A stretch of 63,235 bases of DNA, filler included, from Octopus bimaculoides (taxonomy: Eukaryota): assembly GCF_001194135.2 (NCBI RefSeq). It is 9 parts of 8 records of this genome, joined end to end, with 100 filler letters (N's around TTAATTAATTAA, not from the genome) between each part and the next. Parts side by side here need not be neighbours in the genome. Positions count along the whole stretch, not along the records: positions 41,174 to 60,265 come from NC_069007.1; positions 60,366 to 63,235 come from NC_068990.1; 7 more parts are not named here. One strand, given 5' to 3'. This document shows positions 49,440 to 63,235 of this stretch, in pieces. The position numbers and the translations under genes are program-made. How positions within the stretch are numbered: the stretch's first letter is position 1; each line of letters opens with the position of its first letter. The notes beneath the pieces were generated by a model. It was not told where the DNA came from and did not search any database. It was given only the letters and a program-made list of their open reading frames with translations.

Positions 49440-49890
49440 TTTTCTGTGCCAAACTCTCTCAAATAATGAGGTCTAGATTTTGAGCAAGGCGTTATCGAAT
49501 AGATATGCGTCATCCTGAACAGATCTGTCGGCAAAATTCAATTAATGCGACACGTAATCGAAAGAGTGGGTAAAGAAGTTGGCAGGTTTCCTTATTCTCA
49601 TCAACTTCGATTAGGTCGTCCATCAATACTTGAGAGCTGCTCTGACTGCTTCTGGTTTCGACCCCTTTTCCAGGGTTTGGATCACTGCAATGTCCAGCCT
49701 ATCGGATCCGTTCAATATCAGGCGTTCGCTCTATCAAGGTTGTCCTTTCTTGTTTCTTCTGTATGTACGGACTTTTGGGTCACCACTGAGGAATCTAGAG
49801 ACTTTGAGGGGCACCGCACGCGAACTAGGATGCGAAAGATCTGTGTCAGTACACGTAGACAACATCACCATGATAATGGTGATCGGCACT
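49440..49890 (+). pseudogene. Tx1/L1-type reverse transcriptase fragment
   Basis: LMRHVIERVGKEVG...YLRAALTASGF...FNIRRSLYQGCPFLFLLYV...SVHVDNIT, degenerate QGCPLSPLLY and YADD. Confidence 0.75.
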
Positions 49891-49949
49891 GCTCCATGAG
49901 AGTGTGACGCAGTGACGAATTCAAATTCATCAGGAAAATTTGGTGGGCA

Positions 49950-50105
49950 TATATATATGGGAGAATGTACGAAAAAACAACAACAGACGAGGACAGGTGG
50001 TGTAAATAACAAAAGGATGTATTAGTATGACGCTCGGGAATACGGAACGTCTTTGACGTTTCGAGCTACGCTCTTCAACAGAAAGAATACGGAGACAAGG
50101 AGATT
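49950..50105 (-). mobile_element. Penelope-like terminal repeat fragment
   Basis: Reverse complement contains gttgaagagcgtagctcgaaacgtcaaagac, the same family as 3205-3410. Confidence 0.45.
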
Positions 50106-50313
50106 GATATATATATGATGATGATAATCTCACACCCTATCCTCCTGCAGTGATGTCAATGTATTTGCTAACTCTTGTGGTTAATAAAGAAATAAAAATA
50201 ATTTGTATTTTCTATTAAGGCGACGAATTGACAGAACTAAACGTTTAGATGCATTTCGTTTGGCTCATTACATTCGGAGTTCAAATCCCACCGAGGTAAA
50301 CGTAATAGAAAGG

Positions 50314-50347
<34 letters not shown>

Positions 50348-53300
50348 GTTGAAGCAATATCATTATTATTATTATTATAGTTGTTAAAGGGGCAAATTCT
50401 ATTTGACTTGAAACTCTGTGTCACTCTGCATTGTTGTTCCTTTTGTTCCTATTGCTCCTTCTTTGTTATTACACATTCTTCCTCAACGACTCCACCCCCT
50501 CCTGTTAATACTCCTCATTTCTATATATTCTCTTCTTCCTTTCCTTCTCCCAAGCCACACATCGTATTTGATGTTTTGTTGTTTTGTTGTGTCTGTAACA
50601 AAACTTGCAATAATTATTTTGTATCAAATTATTATATTTGATTCTTCAGTTTTCATTTTGTGTAGAATCGAGCAATGAACTGCTAGAAAGGGTTTGTCTT
50701 CTGTTCTTGTGTTCTTGTGTTATTCTCCTTTTCTTGTGTTGTTGCTTCCTATGATTGTTTTGTATCAAATTATTATATCATATTTTGATTCGGTTTTGTT
50801 TTGTGTATTTTGCAAGCAATGAATATTTAGAACGGCTCGCCTTGTGTTCTTGTATTATTCTTGCTTCGAATGCAGCCGCAACCCCGCCAGTTGGTCAGTA
50901 CATTTAAGGTCCCCAAACAACCTATTATGTTACATAGTGTAATGATTAATGCTTTATTTAGTTACAACAAAACTTGGTCAGTATATAAAAGCTCGCCAAA
51001 AGAACCTATTATATTATAGAACACTATAGAGTGTTCTAGGAGAATATCGTATAATATAACATAGGATACTGTAACATATTCTTTGATGCTTTGTTTCGGT
51101 CTACTTCTGGCATTTCTGATGTTAGCTTGCTACAGAATCATTTATTCTAAAATTACTAAAGTTGTTGTCCAGAAGATGGTCGACAAAGGTCGATAAAGGT
51201 CGCCCAATGTCACCCTGGAGAAGAAGAAAAAAATTCTGTGTATGAGCAAATAATGGTGTCCTTTGTATTGACAGGAGTTTTTCATGTTTTTGAGGTATTA
51301 TTCGGGGGCGGGGAGGTCTCAGTTAATACATGTCGTTTTAGTTGCTGTTGTTGTCGTCGTTATTGTCGATGTCGTCCTCTCCGTCAGCTTTGATAACAGA
51401 CATTCCAATAGCAGTGGCCATCCCGCCTTTCTTCTAAAATAACCCCTGACCACCAAAAGCTTTGTGACTAAAATATACAGGGTTTTCAATCGCAAAAGAA
51501 TTGAGGCCCGAGCAATGCTTTTCTTTTTGGTGGAGGTCTAGCATTTGTTCCTCAGCATCAATGTTCTCCAAAGAAAAGGTCATCAGTTTGGTACCAGAAT
51601 CATTGCTATGAGAACGCAATGAGTTGGAAGCGAAACAGCAAAGCATCTCGTCCGATTCTCTGCCAGTTCCTCTATTCTACCGTCCTCGGGTGATACCTTT
51701 TTATTGACCCCCCCCTCCCGCCNNNNNNNNNNNNNNNNNNNNNNNNNNNNNNNNNNNNNNNNNNNNNNNNNNNNNNNNNNNNNNNNNNNNAATAAATATT
51801 ACAATGTATTCTTACGATAGGAAATTGTGAGGGAGATTATCGCTGAGAGGGTGGTTGTTTGGCTGGAGTAGATTTAACTTGTGGACCGTTGTAACAACAA
51901 CCCTAACCAAAGGATGTCTGTAGTAGGGTCTGCAATGCTACGAACATTTTGGCAAGGACTTCACTCTAACTATATCTTCCTTTCACTCTTTTTCTTTCTC
52001 TCTCCTTTCCCTCTCTCTTACCTTCTCTCTCTCTCTCCCTCTCTCACACACACACAATTTTAAGGTCTCTGAAAAAAAAAAGGGGGCACGGATACTACTT
52101 TTTCTCCTCTAACGGAGGAATAAAAAAGAATTCATTGAAGTCTTGGAAATATTTCTTACGACGCTTGGGACTGAACTGAGGGAAATTTTGCGGCTATTTC
52201 TAGCAAGGAGTAAGTACCACTACGAAGAAATTCCTATGCTGGATGTAGCTTAATATATCCAGTTGTTGTTGTTTATAAGCTGATCAAATGTAGCCGTGAC
52301 CATTCCATCCTATTATGGAATGTAGGACGACATTGTCTAATGCCTTCTCTATTTAAAACGGTAAGATATGTTGGCTGTTATTCCTAGCATGTCGTGCGAC
52401 TGCATCACGGGCTTCGTCGCTCGACAAAAAGCATTGCTATTTACATTTTAGACAAATAACAAGAACCGTTGATATCTTATTAGAATATCATGTGACATAC
52501 CAAATCGTTATTGCGATGGCAACCCCCACCCACCCATCCTCACCTGCTGTCCTTGTCTACCTTGGTTGCAATTTAAGTGACACTTGACATTAGATTGACA
52601 CTTCACATGATTTTCTTTTCGTTTTCTATTTTGTTTCTCGAATACATTAGGAAAGTCGAAGTCTGTGACCATTTGTAGGAGACTTGGCGAATCGTGGGAG
52701 GAAGGGAGTAATAGGTTGTCTGACGTCAATTAGAAGATTTATACCACTTACTGCTACTCTCTTTAAATACAAATACGTTCTTCTCACGTTCTCTATTTTC
52801 ATCTTTCAGTCTGTCTGCCTGTCTCTCATATATAGGTGTGTGTGTATGTGTGTGTGTGTGAATGAATGATCTCAAAGCCACTCAGTTGATGACATGCAAG
52901 TACACGGCTTTTGTTGGATCGTGTTTATATAATATTCATAATATGTGAAACACTCGGCAACTGATAACTGATGCTAATGTATAGAAACCATTGCAGTGAA
53001 TTGGATTAAAACTTATTCATTCCATCTTATATTATAATTATTTTTTAAGGTATCGATGTATCGATGAATATATATTCAGACACGACAGACTCCCGAGTCA
53101 AAGACCGTCAGTGTTCTGCTTTTGCCGAACGACTTTCACAAATGATTTGCTTACGGTGACCAAACGTATGTGCCATCCATTATCCTACTCTTTCTCTATC
53201 AAATCGACATTACCTGAACAGATGTCGAAGAGATTGCGGAGCGACGTGAGATTAACTGTGTTGCTCGAGAACACTACTCACCACCCGGTCTAGTAAGTGA

Positions 53301-53483
53301 AACCCCGATCTTGCGATCGCGAGTGCAACGCACTAACCACTGGGCCATGCGTCCCCATATGTACGTTTATGAGCAGGTATATGTAGATGTGCAAAACAAA
53401 AGTGTCATTAGTGTGACCACTATCGAATGGCACTAGAATAATAAGCTTATCTATCTATCTGTCTATCTATCTACTTGTCTATA

Positions 53484-53528
<45 letters not shown>

Positions 53529-56239
53529 GTCTATTCTTTTATTCTTTTACTTGTTTCAGTCAGTTGACTATATATATANNNNNNNNNNNNNNNNNNNNNN
53601 NNNNNNNNNNNNNNNNNNNNNNNNNNNNNNNNNNNNNNNNNNNNNNNNNNNNNNNNNNNNNNNNNNNNNNNNNNNNNNNNNNNNNNNNNNNNNNNNNNNN
53701 NNNNNNNNNNNNNNNNNNNNNNNNNNNNNNNNNNNNNNNNNNNNNNNNNNNNNNNNNNNNNNNNNNNNNNNNNNNNNNNNNNNNNNNNNNNNNNNNNNNN
53801 NNNNNNNNNNNNNNNNNNNNNNNNNNNNNNNNNNNNNNNNNNNNNNNNNNNNNNNNNNNNNNNNNNNNNNNNNNNNNNNNNNNNNNNNNNNNNNNNNNNN
53901 NNNNNNNNNNNNNNNNNNNNNNNNNNNNNNNNNNNNNNNNNNNNNNNNNNNNNNNNNNNNNNNNNNNNNNNNNNNNNNNNNNNNNNNNNNNNNNNNNNAT
54001 ATATATATATATATATATATATATACATGATGAAAGGAGAAGTTGGCAACGTGACTAAATGTCTCATTCCTGATATGGAGAAATTAATGTTCACAAAACT
54101 AGAAGCTACACGCAGGGCCAAACGTCTACAGTTCTAATCTCTGAAAGACCCTGTCAAAACAGGTTTGTGAAGTTTAGTACGTAATAATGCCCACATATGC
54201 AATGACAGCTATGGATGCACTCACGTATGCGTGTGCAAATATATATGTATATACACATATGCATGGCTTGTATGGTCGTTGGTCGATGGTATTGCAGAGA
54301 CAGTGACTTAACTTCATGTACAGTGCGCTGAGTGTTTCGAGTAACAAGTGCCTCGCCCCATGTAGACTTACCAGCTTTCTACTCATGGATATTCTATGAA
54401 AGAAAGGTAATTCAATACGTCTGCAGTATTTAAGGAGCCACTCAAGGGCACATTAGTTATTGGGTGAGTATAATGTTTCACATATCTATCTTAGAGTCCT
54501 CCTTTCGGATTCTCTGTAGGGGATTACTCTCTTTGCCTTATTTCGCACAGAAAACATAAACAACATTGATATCAACGGCAAAGTGAGGCTGGGCAGTAAC
54601 ACTACATTTTAGGTGTTGACAACGACACAGCATTTCGACATAAATTCTTAAAATAATACCAAGCATATTATAGGTTTACAAGTCACTATTGTGTCTTAAG
54701 TTGTATTATCAGCACAATATTCTAACTTTTCCCAATTTTTCGTTATAGATTTTCTAGAGAATTCAGAGACAGCGCTGAAACTTATTTTTGGCACACGAAT
54801 ACATCGATGTAAGCAATGCGATTCTATCTTCGATCGCATTGAATTCGATAGAAAATCTATTGAAATAAACTTTTAAAAAGTTAGAATATCGTACGTGGTA
54901 AGACAATATATTTAGTCGTATATTCTGGTCGCAAAACGAAATACTGGTTCTTGCTAGCGATTAATGTGCCAGGAATGTGTTTAATGTGTAAATTGGTCTA
55001 CCCAATTATATTACACTGCTTAATCTAGTGGGTATTAAAGGAAAATTGTTCATGGTTAGTAGAAGGGTCGGGTGTGGTGCTGATGAAAGTGTAATAAATT
55101 TTCAAATTTACATATACATCTATTACCTATTTTTTCTATCTTCGATCGCAATGTTTGCATAGATATATCTGTTTACGAAACGTTGTAACCTTTAACATGT
55201 AATCTATAGAGATAAAACCTTAAAAGAAGTATCAGAGAACATCCAACACCAGCAGCACACAACAAGAAGTCCGTCCCTTCTAACAGGGATGAACAGTCGA
55301 AGCGAAATAGACAAAGTGCTAGAAATGAGAGAAGCAACCAAATATGAACTTTCTCGAAGAAACAAAAGAATATCCAAGTCATTTTAATTCTCTAAAAGTG
55401 ATGCGGGAATATATGCTGCAACAGGTTCAAAACATTAATTTTAAAGATAAACTTTTTAAAACGAACACAAAAAAAGACATTTTCGAATGAGAACTGGAGG
55501 TAAGAAATGAGGTAACAGGAAGCTATCTCACTATTTCTTCCAAACCCCACATACGAGACGACTATAACTGTTTTGATATATGGGTCAGCAACAACATTGC
55601 TAGCCTACCACGAGGGGCTGGAGCTGCACAGTAAAAGCAAAATTAAATATTCGGAGCCGGACTGCGCTCACAACGTCGGTTTCTTCGTAAAACTATCTCG
55701 CAGCTTACCGCTGTTATCAAGTGCAACGTGATCAAGGAATTCACGAAATATGTAGACACACACAAGTAATCTAATATTATATACATAAAAACTGTTTTCT
55801 TATAAGAGGGTAATGTAAATAAATGTTGAAGGCGTCATTCGTTCAAGGATGACCTAATAACTACACCTTTATGCGCATGCTCATTCGAGGTCTGCTTTGT
55901 GAATGTCTGCCTACAACTCCCGCCTCTCCATAGAAACTGAAGCTGTTTGAGGAAAAGTCAAGACTCAATACTGTTTGGCTCCAGTGTCACAACAATCCCT
56001 ATTCTTGGAGTACAAACAACCGGAAGAAATAGTACAAGACATCCTGTCTGACACTCTTATACTTCCACCAATTCACAATCCTCAAAACGTATTTTTTTAA
56101 CCGATTCTAAAAAGATAAAATGCAATCTTGGCGGTATTTGAACTCAGAACAGATACAAACAGATATTCTAACCAAAACCTTTAACTACTCAACCGATAAA
56201 CCGCCGACTGATACATAAATATTCATGCATATATTCTTT

Positions 56240-56420
56240 GTGATTCGGGGACGAGGCCTGCAATTTTGAGGGGAGGGGGCAAGTCGATTACATCGTTCCC
56301 AGTGTTCAACTGGTACATATTTTACTAACGTCGAAAGGATGAAAGGCAAAGTGGACTTCAGCGGAATTTGAATCCAAACCGTAAGCGTTTGCTCCAGCCT
56401 GGGAGCGATTCTGCTAGCTC
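56240..56420 (-). mobile_element. SINE family A
   Basis: aagtcgattacatcgttcccagtgttcaactggtac...gatgaaaggcaaagtggacttcagcggaatttgaa. Confidence 0.8.
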
Positions 56421-58742
56421 ACAACCTTGCACATGTTTATGCATGTATGAATAGAGACACGCATAGGCATACGCACACATACTCTCGTGTGTGTGTGCGT
56501 GTGTATACACACACACAAACACACGCATATATATATATATATATATAGTGTAAATATGCATCCATATATATGCATACATACATACACGTACACACAAACG
56601 TACATGTATACGCACGTGTGCACACACAGTCACACTCAGACATAACACACACACACACAAGCACACACACACACAAGCACACACACACACAAGCACACAC
56701 ACACACATATTTATATTTGAAACACGATTTTGTTGTCAAAGAAAGATCTGTGTTCTGTTTCTCTGGAGAATTACTAAATTTCAAGGTTTCTTAATTTAGA
56801 GTGTATTTTGACATTCAATACAGTTAAATAATTCTTCCGTAGGATGTTGATTTAAAATGTTCTGTGTATACATGTATGTACGTATGTAAATATATATATA
56901 NNNNNNNNNNNNNNNNNNNNNNNNNNNNNNNNNNNNNNNNNNNNNNNNNNNNNNNNNNNNNNNNNNNNNNNNNNNNNNNNNNNNNNNNNNNNNNNNNNNN
57001 NNNNNNNNNNNNNNNNNNNNNNNNNNNNNNNNNNNNNNNNNNNNNNNNNNNNNNNNNNNNNNNNNNNNNNNNNNNNNNNNNNNNNNNNNNNNNNNNNNNN
57101 NNNNNNNNNNNNNNNNNNNNNNNNNNNNNNNNNNNNNNNNNNNNNNNNNNNNNNNNNNNNNNNNNNNNNNNNNNNNNNNNNNNNNNNNNNNNNNNNNNNN
57201 NNNNNNNNNNNNNNNNNNNNNNNNNNNNNNNNNNNNNNNNNNNNNNNNNNNNNNNNNNNNNNNNNNNNNNNNNNNNNNNNNNNNNNNNNNNNNNNNNNNN
57301 NNNNNNNNNNNNNNNNNNNNNNNNNNNNNNNNNNNNNNNNNNNNNNNNNNNNNNNNNNNNNNNNNNNNNNNNNNNNNNNNNNNNNNNNNNNNNNNNNNNN
57401 NNNNNNNNNNNNNNNNNNNNNNNNNNNNNNNNNNNNNNNNNNNNNNNNNNNNNNNNNNNNNNNNNNNNNNNNNNNNNNNNNNNNNNNNNNNNNNNNNNNN
57501 NNNNNNNNNNNNNNNNNNNNNNNNNNNNNNNNNNNNNNNNNNNNNNNNNNNNNNNNNNNNNNNNNNNNNNNNNNNNNNNNNNNNNNNNNNNNNNNNNNNN
57601 NNNNNNNNNNNNNNNNNNTCTCGATTGTAGTTGAGCCTTTTCCCTTTTACGAAGCCACTGTTTACGACGTTTAACATTTCGACAGAAGATTCATTTTTCG
57701 TCACCAGTCACAAGTTTATCCAAAAAAGGGTGAAATGAGTTCGCGAGAATGGAGAGAAGAGCAGATCTCAACACGGGATTTGCGGTTGCTTTCGGAAAAT
57801 TCATGAGGTATCCATTTTCCAAGTTTAGGAACCTTTCCAAGTTGTTGAAGATGACGATGAACTGTTGTATGGTGTGAACTAAGCTATATTGCTAATTCTT
57901 CAACTGATAATGCAGGAATTTCTTCAAGTAATGCCTCAAGGACCTTATCCTATATATCTCTCTACGCCCCTACACACTCAATAATACTATAAAAAGAGAC
58001 GAACCCTCTCAAAAAATAATTTAAATCTGTAGATTCTACTAGAGTAGATGCAAGCGCTAATATATGATTTATAAAAACATGTGACACATTAATACAAATC
58101 TGAATCTTAATTACATATATACATATATGTATGTATCATATTTATATGTAGGCATTTACATATATATATATAAACATACAGAAACATATATTAATATAAG
58201 TGAATACATACATAATACATACATACACACATGCGTATATACATTCAAATATACACTCTTATGTGACCTCACATGCATATATACACATATGTACAAAGAG
58301 AGAGACTTGCACAAGTGTGTGCATGAAATGATAATTTGGCCGGCAACTGTACATGATATTCTCGGCAGCCTTTTATGAAGAAGAGTTTCTTAAACAGCTG
58401 CGCCTACTTTAGTAAAACATACAAAAAGTCAAATTTAAAATCCTGAACCAGTGTCACCCACCTACAGCTAATTACACAGTTCATATTGTCTGTTTCATAC
58501 CATTTTATTTTCGTATCTTAAATCTCACAAAAGAAAACAAAGTTTAGATATAATAAATATAGAATTCGCCGTTAACCACCTTTCAATTAGAATTGTTGCT
58601 TGAAAAACTTTCTATGAATCTAACAAGTTATTCACAAAGAATCAAAAATCTCAAAAGTTTTATACCTGTAATACAGCTTTGGATTAATTAACTATGAGGT
58701 GTAAGCTACCGAGTGAAAACGTCGCAATGGTGGAAGAACAGT

Positions 58743-59010
58743 CTAGAAGGAACAGTCAAAAAGTGCAAACCACAGTTAAGAGCAATTTCGAAGGGAATGA
58801 AAAATAAAAACATTTACCATGCTCTCTTAACTGTGGTTTGGACTTTTTGACTATTCTTTCTAGTATGTTAGGCAACCTGTTAATGGCTTGCTTCTTTGTG
58901 TATAAATGTACACTAATTTTTATATGAAAAATATGACTATTGACTTTGTATACATAGGCCACTGGTAGAAAAAAAATTTTCTATAATCTTTTCCTACCCT
59001 CTATAAATTT
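58743..59010. repeat. Foldback repeat family, right half with internal ~40-bp-stem hairpin
   Basis: ctagaaggaacagtcaaaaagtgcaaaccacagttaagag ... ctcttaactgtggtttggactttttgactattctttctag (58743-58863). Confidence 0.75.
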
Positions 59011-59837
59011 AAGAAATATATATNNNNNNNNNNNNNNNNNNNNNNNNNNNNNNNNNNNNNNNNNNNNNNNNNNNNNNNNNNNNNNNNNNNNNNNNNNNNN
59101 NNNNNNNNNNNNNNNNNNNNNNNNNNNNNNNNNNNNNNNNNNNNNNNNNNNNNNNNNNNNNNNNNNNNNNNNNNNNNNNNNNNNNNNNNNNNNNNNNNNN
59201 NNNNNNNNNNNNNNNNNNNNNNNNNNNTATATATATATATATATATATATATATTGGTTTTTAAGCAAGTACATAGCTTTTAAGCAACTGTCCCTGAATA
59301 AGAAGATCTACAAACAGATCTCTGACTTGTTTTGGAGATTTGTTGAGGTGGGGAGGAGAAAGAGCGACAGAGAGACATGGAAGCTGTCAAACCTCGTTAT
59401 AGAAAGTGGAGGGAAGGGAGGAAAGAGATAGAGAGAGAAAGAAGGGGTGAGACCCGAAAGAGAGAAACGACAGACACTTGTCGAAGACCGTTTAAAGACG
59501 ATGAACTTTGACTCAGCGGCCAAACCGTCCGATGGAGAAAACTGAAATTTGCCAGGAATTCCCGCCAGCCACGCCTTTCAATTGAGCAAACTTTTAGAAC
59601 CCGGTACTTATTCTAGAGGTTTCCTTTTGGCGAGTCGCTAAGTTACGGGGATGTAAACACACCAACATCGGTTGTCAAGTGACATATACCTTTATGCAGT
59701 GACAACATTTCTTGCATCATTGGATAAATTTTCATTGCGATCTTTCTTCAATGACATGTCATCAGACTGAATTCAAATTCACTCCGTTGGGTTTATATCT
59801 GCCTCATTGTCTAAATATTAGACAAAGGGTCTCAATT

Positions 59838-60180
59838 ATAGGCGCAGGAGTGACTGTGTGGTAAGTAGCTTGCTTACCAACNNNNNNNNNNNNNNNNNNN
59901 NNNNNNNNNNNNNNNNNNNNNNNNNNNNNNNNNNNNNNNNNNNNNNNNNNNNNNNNNNNNNNNNNNNNNNNNNNNNNNNNNTTCTTTTATTCTTTTACTT
60001 GTTTCAGCTATTTGACTGCGACCATGATGGAGCACCGTGTTTAGTCGAACAAATCGACCCAAGGACTTATTCTTTGTAACCCTAGTTCTTATTCTATCAG
60101 ACTCTTTGCCGAACCGTTAAGTTACGGGGATATAAACACACCAACATCGGTTGCCAAGCGATGGTGGGGGTGCAAACACA
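59838..60180. mobile_element. SINE family B copies: + head at 59838-59881, - tail at 59982-60180, gap between
   Basis: ggcgcaggagtgactgtgtggtaagtagc head; ttttacttgtttcag...aaatcgaccc...gaaccgttaagttacgggga reverse tail. Confidence 0.8.
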
Positions 60181-60225
60181 GACATACACATACATACCTT
60201 TTGTACACATACATACATACATTAT

Positions 60226-60265
<40 letters not shown>

Positions 60266-60882
60266 NNNNNNNNNNNNNNNNNNNNNNNNNNNNNNNNNNN
60301 NNNNNNNNNTTAATTAATTAANNNNNNNNNNNNNNNNNNNNNNNNNNNNNNNNNNNNNNNNNNNNATATATATATATATATATATATAAACATCGCGTGC
60401 ATGCGCACACACCTACACAATCACACACACAGACACACACACACATATATATGCGAATGTTTACATATGTGTGTGTACGCATGTACAGAATCCCGAACAT
60501 ATGTTTACTTACGATTTTGAGAATTTCCTCAGGCACGTTACCAAACTACTCTGTGTGTTATTTGAGAAACCCTGCCCAGGTCCCACCAAGTTGTATAGCA
60601 AATACCAAGAAATCCGAGTATACTAGGTGGGACAGGGGAAATGAATATGTTATTTCATCTTGCATTTGCTGATATTATGACATGTCAAAACAATATTAAA
60701 GTATTAAACGGACAACACGAGCGCATACACATGTACAAGCAGACACATATATGTATTTTTGTGGGTGTGTGCGTGTGTGAGTGTGTGTGTGTGTGAGTGT
60801 GTGTGTGTGTGTGCGTGTGTGTGTATGCTGTTGAGTGCCAATATAGTACTGGTGTGTAATCTCATTCCTATCTTCTCTCTTT

Positions 60883-60931
<49 letters not shown>

Positions 60932-61183
60932 CTGTCTATCAATCTATCCGACTTTCCTTCTCTCTTATTCTCACTTTTGTCAGTCTCTTTCTGTTCTCTA
61001 ACAAGGAAGGGGTCGGGATCCAAGTTTTAAACTGTCCACATTACACTGCGCTCTGTGCATATGTGCATGTGTGTGTGTGTGTGTGTGTGAGGGAGAGAGC
61101 ACACACAAACACACATACGAATTTAAATGTATGCATATATGTACCACCTTACATACACACAGACACACAGAGACACACACACA

Positions 61184-61249
<66 letters not shown>

Positions 61250-61251
<2 letters not shown>

Positions 61252-61370
61252 CATGTGGCTGTGTGATAAGAAGCTTGCTTCCTAAGCACATCGTTCCGGG
61301 TTCAGCTGACCAAAGTCTTATGAGTGGATTTCGTTGATGGAAACTCTAAAGAATCCCGTCATTTATATAT
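61250..61370 (+). mobile_element. SINE family B head, internally deleted
   Basis: gtggctgtgtgataagaagcttgcttcc...gaccaaagtcttatgagtggatttcgttgatggaaactctaaagaatcccgtc. Confidence 0.7.
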
Positions 61371-62379
61371 ATATANNNNNNNNNNNNNNNNNNNNNNNNN
61401 NNNNNNNNNNNNNNNNNNNNNNNNNNNNNNNNNNNNNNNNNNNNNNNNNNNNNNNNNNNNNNNNNNNNNNNNNNNNNNNNNNNNNNNNNNNNNNNNNNNN
61501 NNNNNNNNNNNNNNNNNNNNNNNNNNNNNNNNNNNNNNNNNNNNNNNNNNNNNNNNNNNNNNNNNNNNNNNNNNNNNNNNNNNNNNNNNNNNNNNNNNNN
61601 NNNNNNNNNNNNNNNNNNNNNNNNNNNNNNNNNNNNNNNNNNNNNNNNNNNNNNNNNNNNNNNNNNNNNNNNNNNNNNNNNNNNNNNNNNNNNNNNNNNN
61701 NNNNNNNNNNNNNNNNNNNNNNNNNNNNNNNNNNNNNNNNNNNNNNNNNNNNNNNNNNNNNNNNNNNNNNNNNNNNNNNNNNNNNNNNNNNNNNNNNNNN
61801 NNNNNNNNNNNNNNNNNNNNNNNNNNNNNNNNNNNNNNNNNNNNNNNNNNNNNNNNNNNNNNNNNNNNNNNNNNNNNNNNNNNNNNNNNNNNNNNNNNNN
61901 NNNNNNNNNNNNNNNNNNNNNNNNNNNNNNNNNNNNNNNNNNNNNNNNNNNNNNNNNNNNNNNNNATATATATATATATATATATATATACGCGTAAACA
62001 AAGAAAAGGTAAACATTGAAAGATTTTCAGATGATTAACTTTCAAGCATGTATGTGTCTCGAAGGTTAGAGAGAGGGGAGAAAATAGATGAAAATTGGGC
62101 GAAAATATAACGGACAGAAAAGGGAGACAAAAACATGATACGAGGAACATTCGCAGCTGATTTTCTCATCAGTTGGTTTCCGAGAAGTCTTAGTGGTTTC
62201 ACGCTATTTAAAACCAAGGTCACAGCTATGAACGGGAGCGCTAGGGGATAGAGTTACAGGAGAAGGCTGTTACGATTGTGTTCGAGGACAGGACAAAATA
62301 ACATTGCATGTACAATAAGGAATAAGAACAACATATAACGCACACAAACACACACGCACACACACATTAAGCAATGAAA

Positions 62380-63060
62380 TTCCAACTTGGTCTGATTTTC
62401 ACATTCTATTATTCTCGATTTTTACAATTTTACAATATTGAAATAAACTAGTACATTCATGCGTTTCGCAGTCAACAGATTTATGAAGAGACAGTCGTCT
62501 TCCACAATTGACAACCGTAGTGAAATGGTTAGATGTGTTCTTTAAGTACTTTCCGATGGGCTCCAGCAGGCTGAATCTTATGAACTGTAATTGGTCCTCA
62601 ACTAAATCCTGTAGTACTCCTCATCCATTAAGACAATTGCATGTCCTTCGTCTGCTTCTTTAATGATTATTGTGTTAGCGATTATTGTATAGGTATTCAA
62701 GTGCAGACAACTCTGATTTGTTAATATTTGGCTTAACATTAGTATTGTGTCTAAGGGAAAATTTAGACAGTATATCAATGTATTGGTCGAGATAGTTATT
62801 TCTTCCCTTTGACGGGTGAATTTTGATTTATTCTTTTTGATTCATTCCTTACTAAGGATTCATCAATCTCAGTACAGCAAAGAATTCAACAAGTCGTAAT
62901 TTCCGACAGAATGTTTGGATATCCTCCTCCAATTTTTGGTGGTTGACTGTTGGTGTAGGCATAAATTTCAATCTTTCCTCCCAAAAATTGGAGTTCATTA
63001 TTATCTAAATCTCTTTTAGATGAATTCATTATTATAGGGTCTATGCGTTCAGTTATTTTG
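62380..63060 (-). mobile_element. Penelope-like element ORF remnant (region upstream of the RT core)
   Basis: Minus-strand frames give LKFMPTP...KLEEDIQTFCRKLRLVEFF and NINKSELSALEYL...IIIKEADEG, matching PLE GLKF.PTP / F.RKLRL.EFF / IIIK.ADKG motifs. Confidence 0.7.
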
Positions 63061-63235
63061 GATATGTTTCCTCGTTTTTTCTTTTTTCTTTTTCCGTCAT
63101 CGCTCTCCTTTGATACGTTTTATCGAGGTATTCATTAGAAGTTACAACACAAGCAAACGCACGCACGCACACACAGACACACATAGACACACACACATAC
63201 CAAAATCCTTATATATATATATATATATATATATA

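Overview
AT-rich, microsatellite-dense, gapped eukaryotic scaffold. The recurring tRNA-headed SINE families look like those of coleoid cephalopods (Octopus); this is recognition from memory, not a database match. I find no recognisable host protein-coding gene. Most listed ORFs are microsatellite or N-gap translations, and the background is decayed mobile DNA (SINEs, Ty3/Gypsy pol plus LTR, Tx1/L1, CRE/R4-type REL, CR1/L2, Penelope-like, Tc1/mariner and hAT MITEs, Helitrons). The outstanding feature is a near-complete endogenous parvovirus-like element at about 36.15-40.05 kb on the minus strand with open reading frames. It has an NS1 (HUH endonuclease + SF3 helicase), a 603-aa VP1 with NLS and phospholipase A2 motif (after collapsing a 304-bp assembly overlap), and a 123-aa +1-frame membrane-type accessory ORF. 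The gene order is VP then NS1 on one strand with no hairpin between them, the reverse of the usual monosense parvovirus layout. The element lies between a Helitron-type 5' end (A|TC, 35495) and a Helitron-type 3' end (hairpin + CTAG|T, 40524). A second, internally deleted VP1u fragment is fused to a Tx1/L1 ORF2 about 2 kb to the left.
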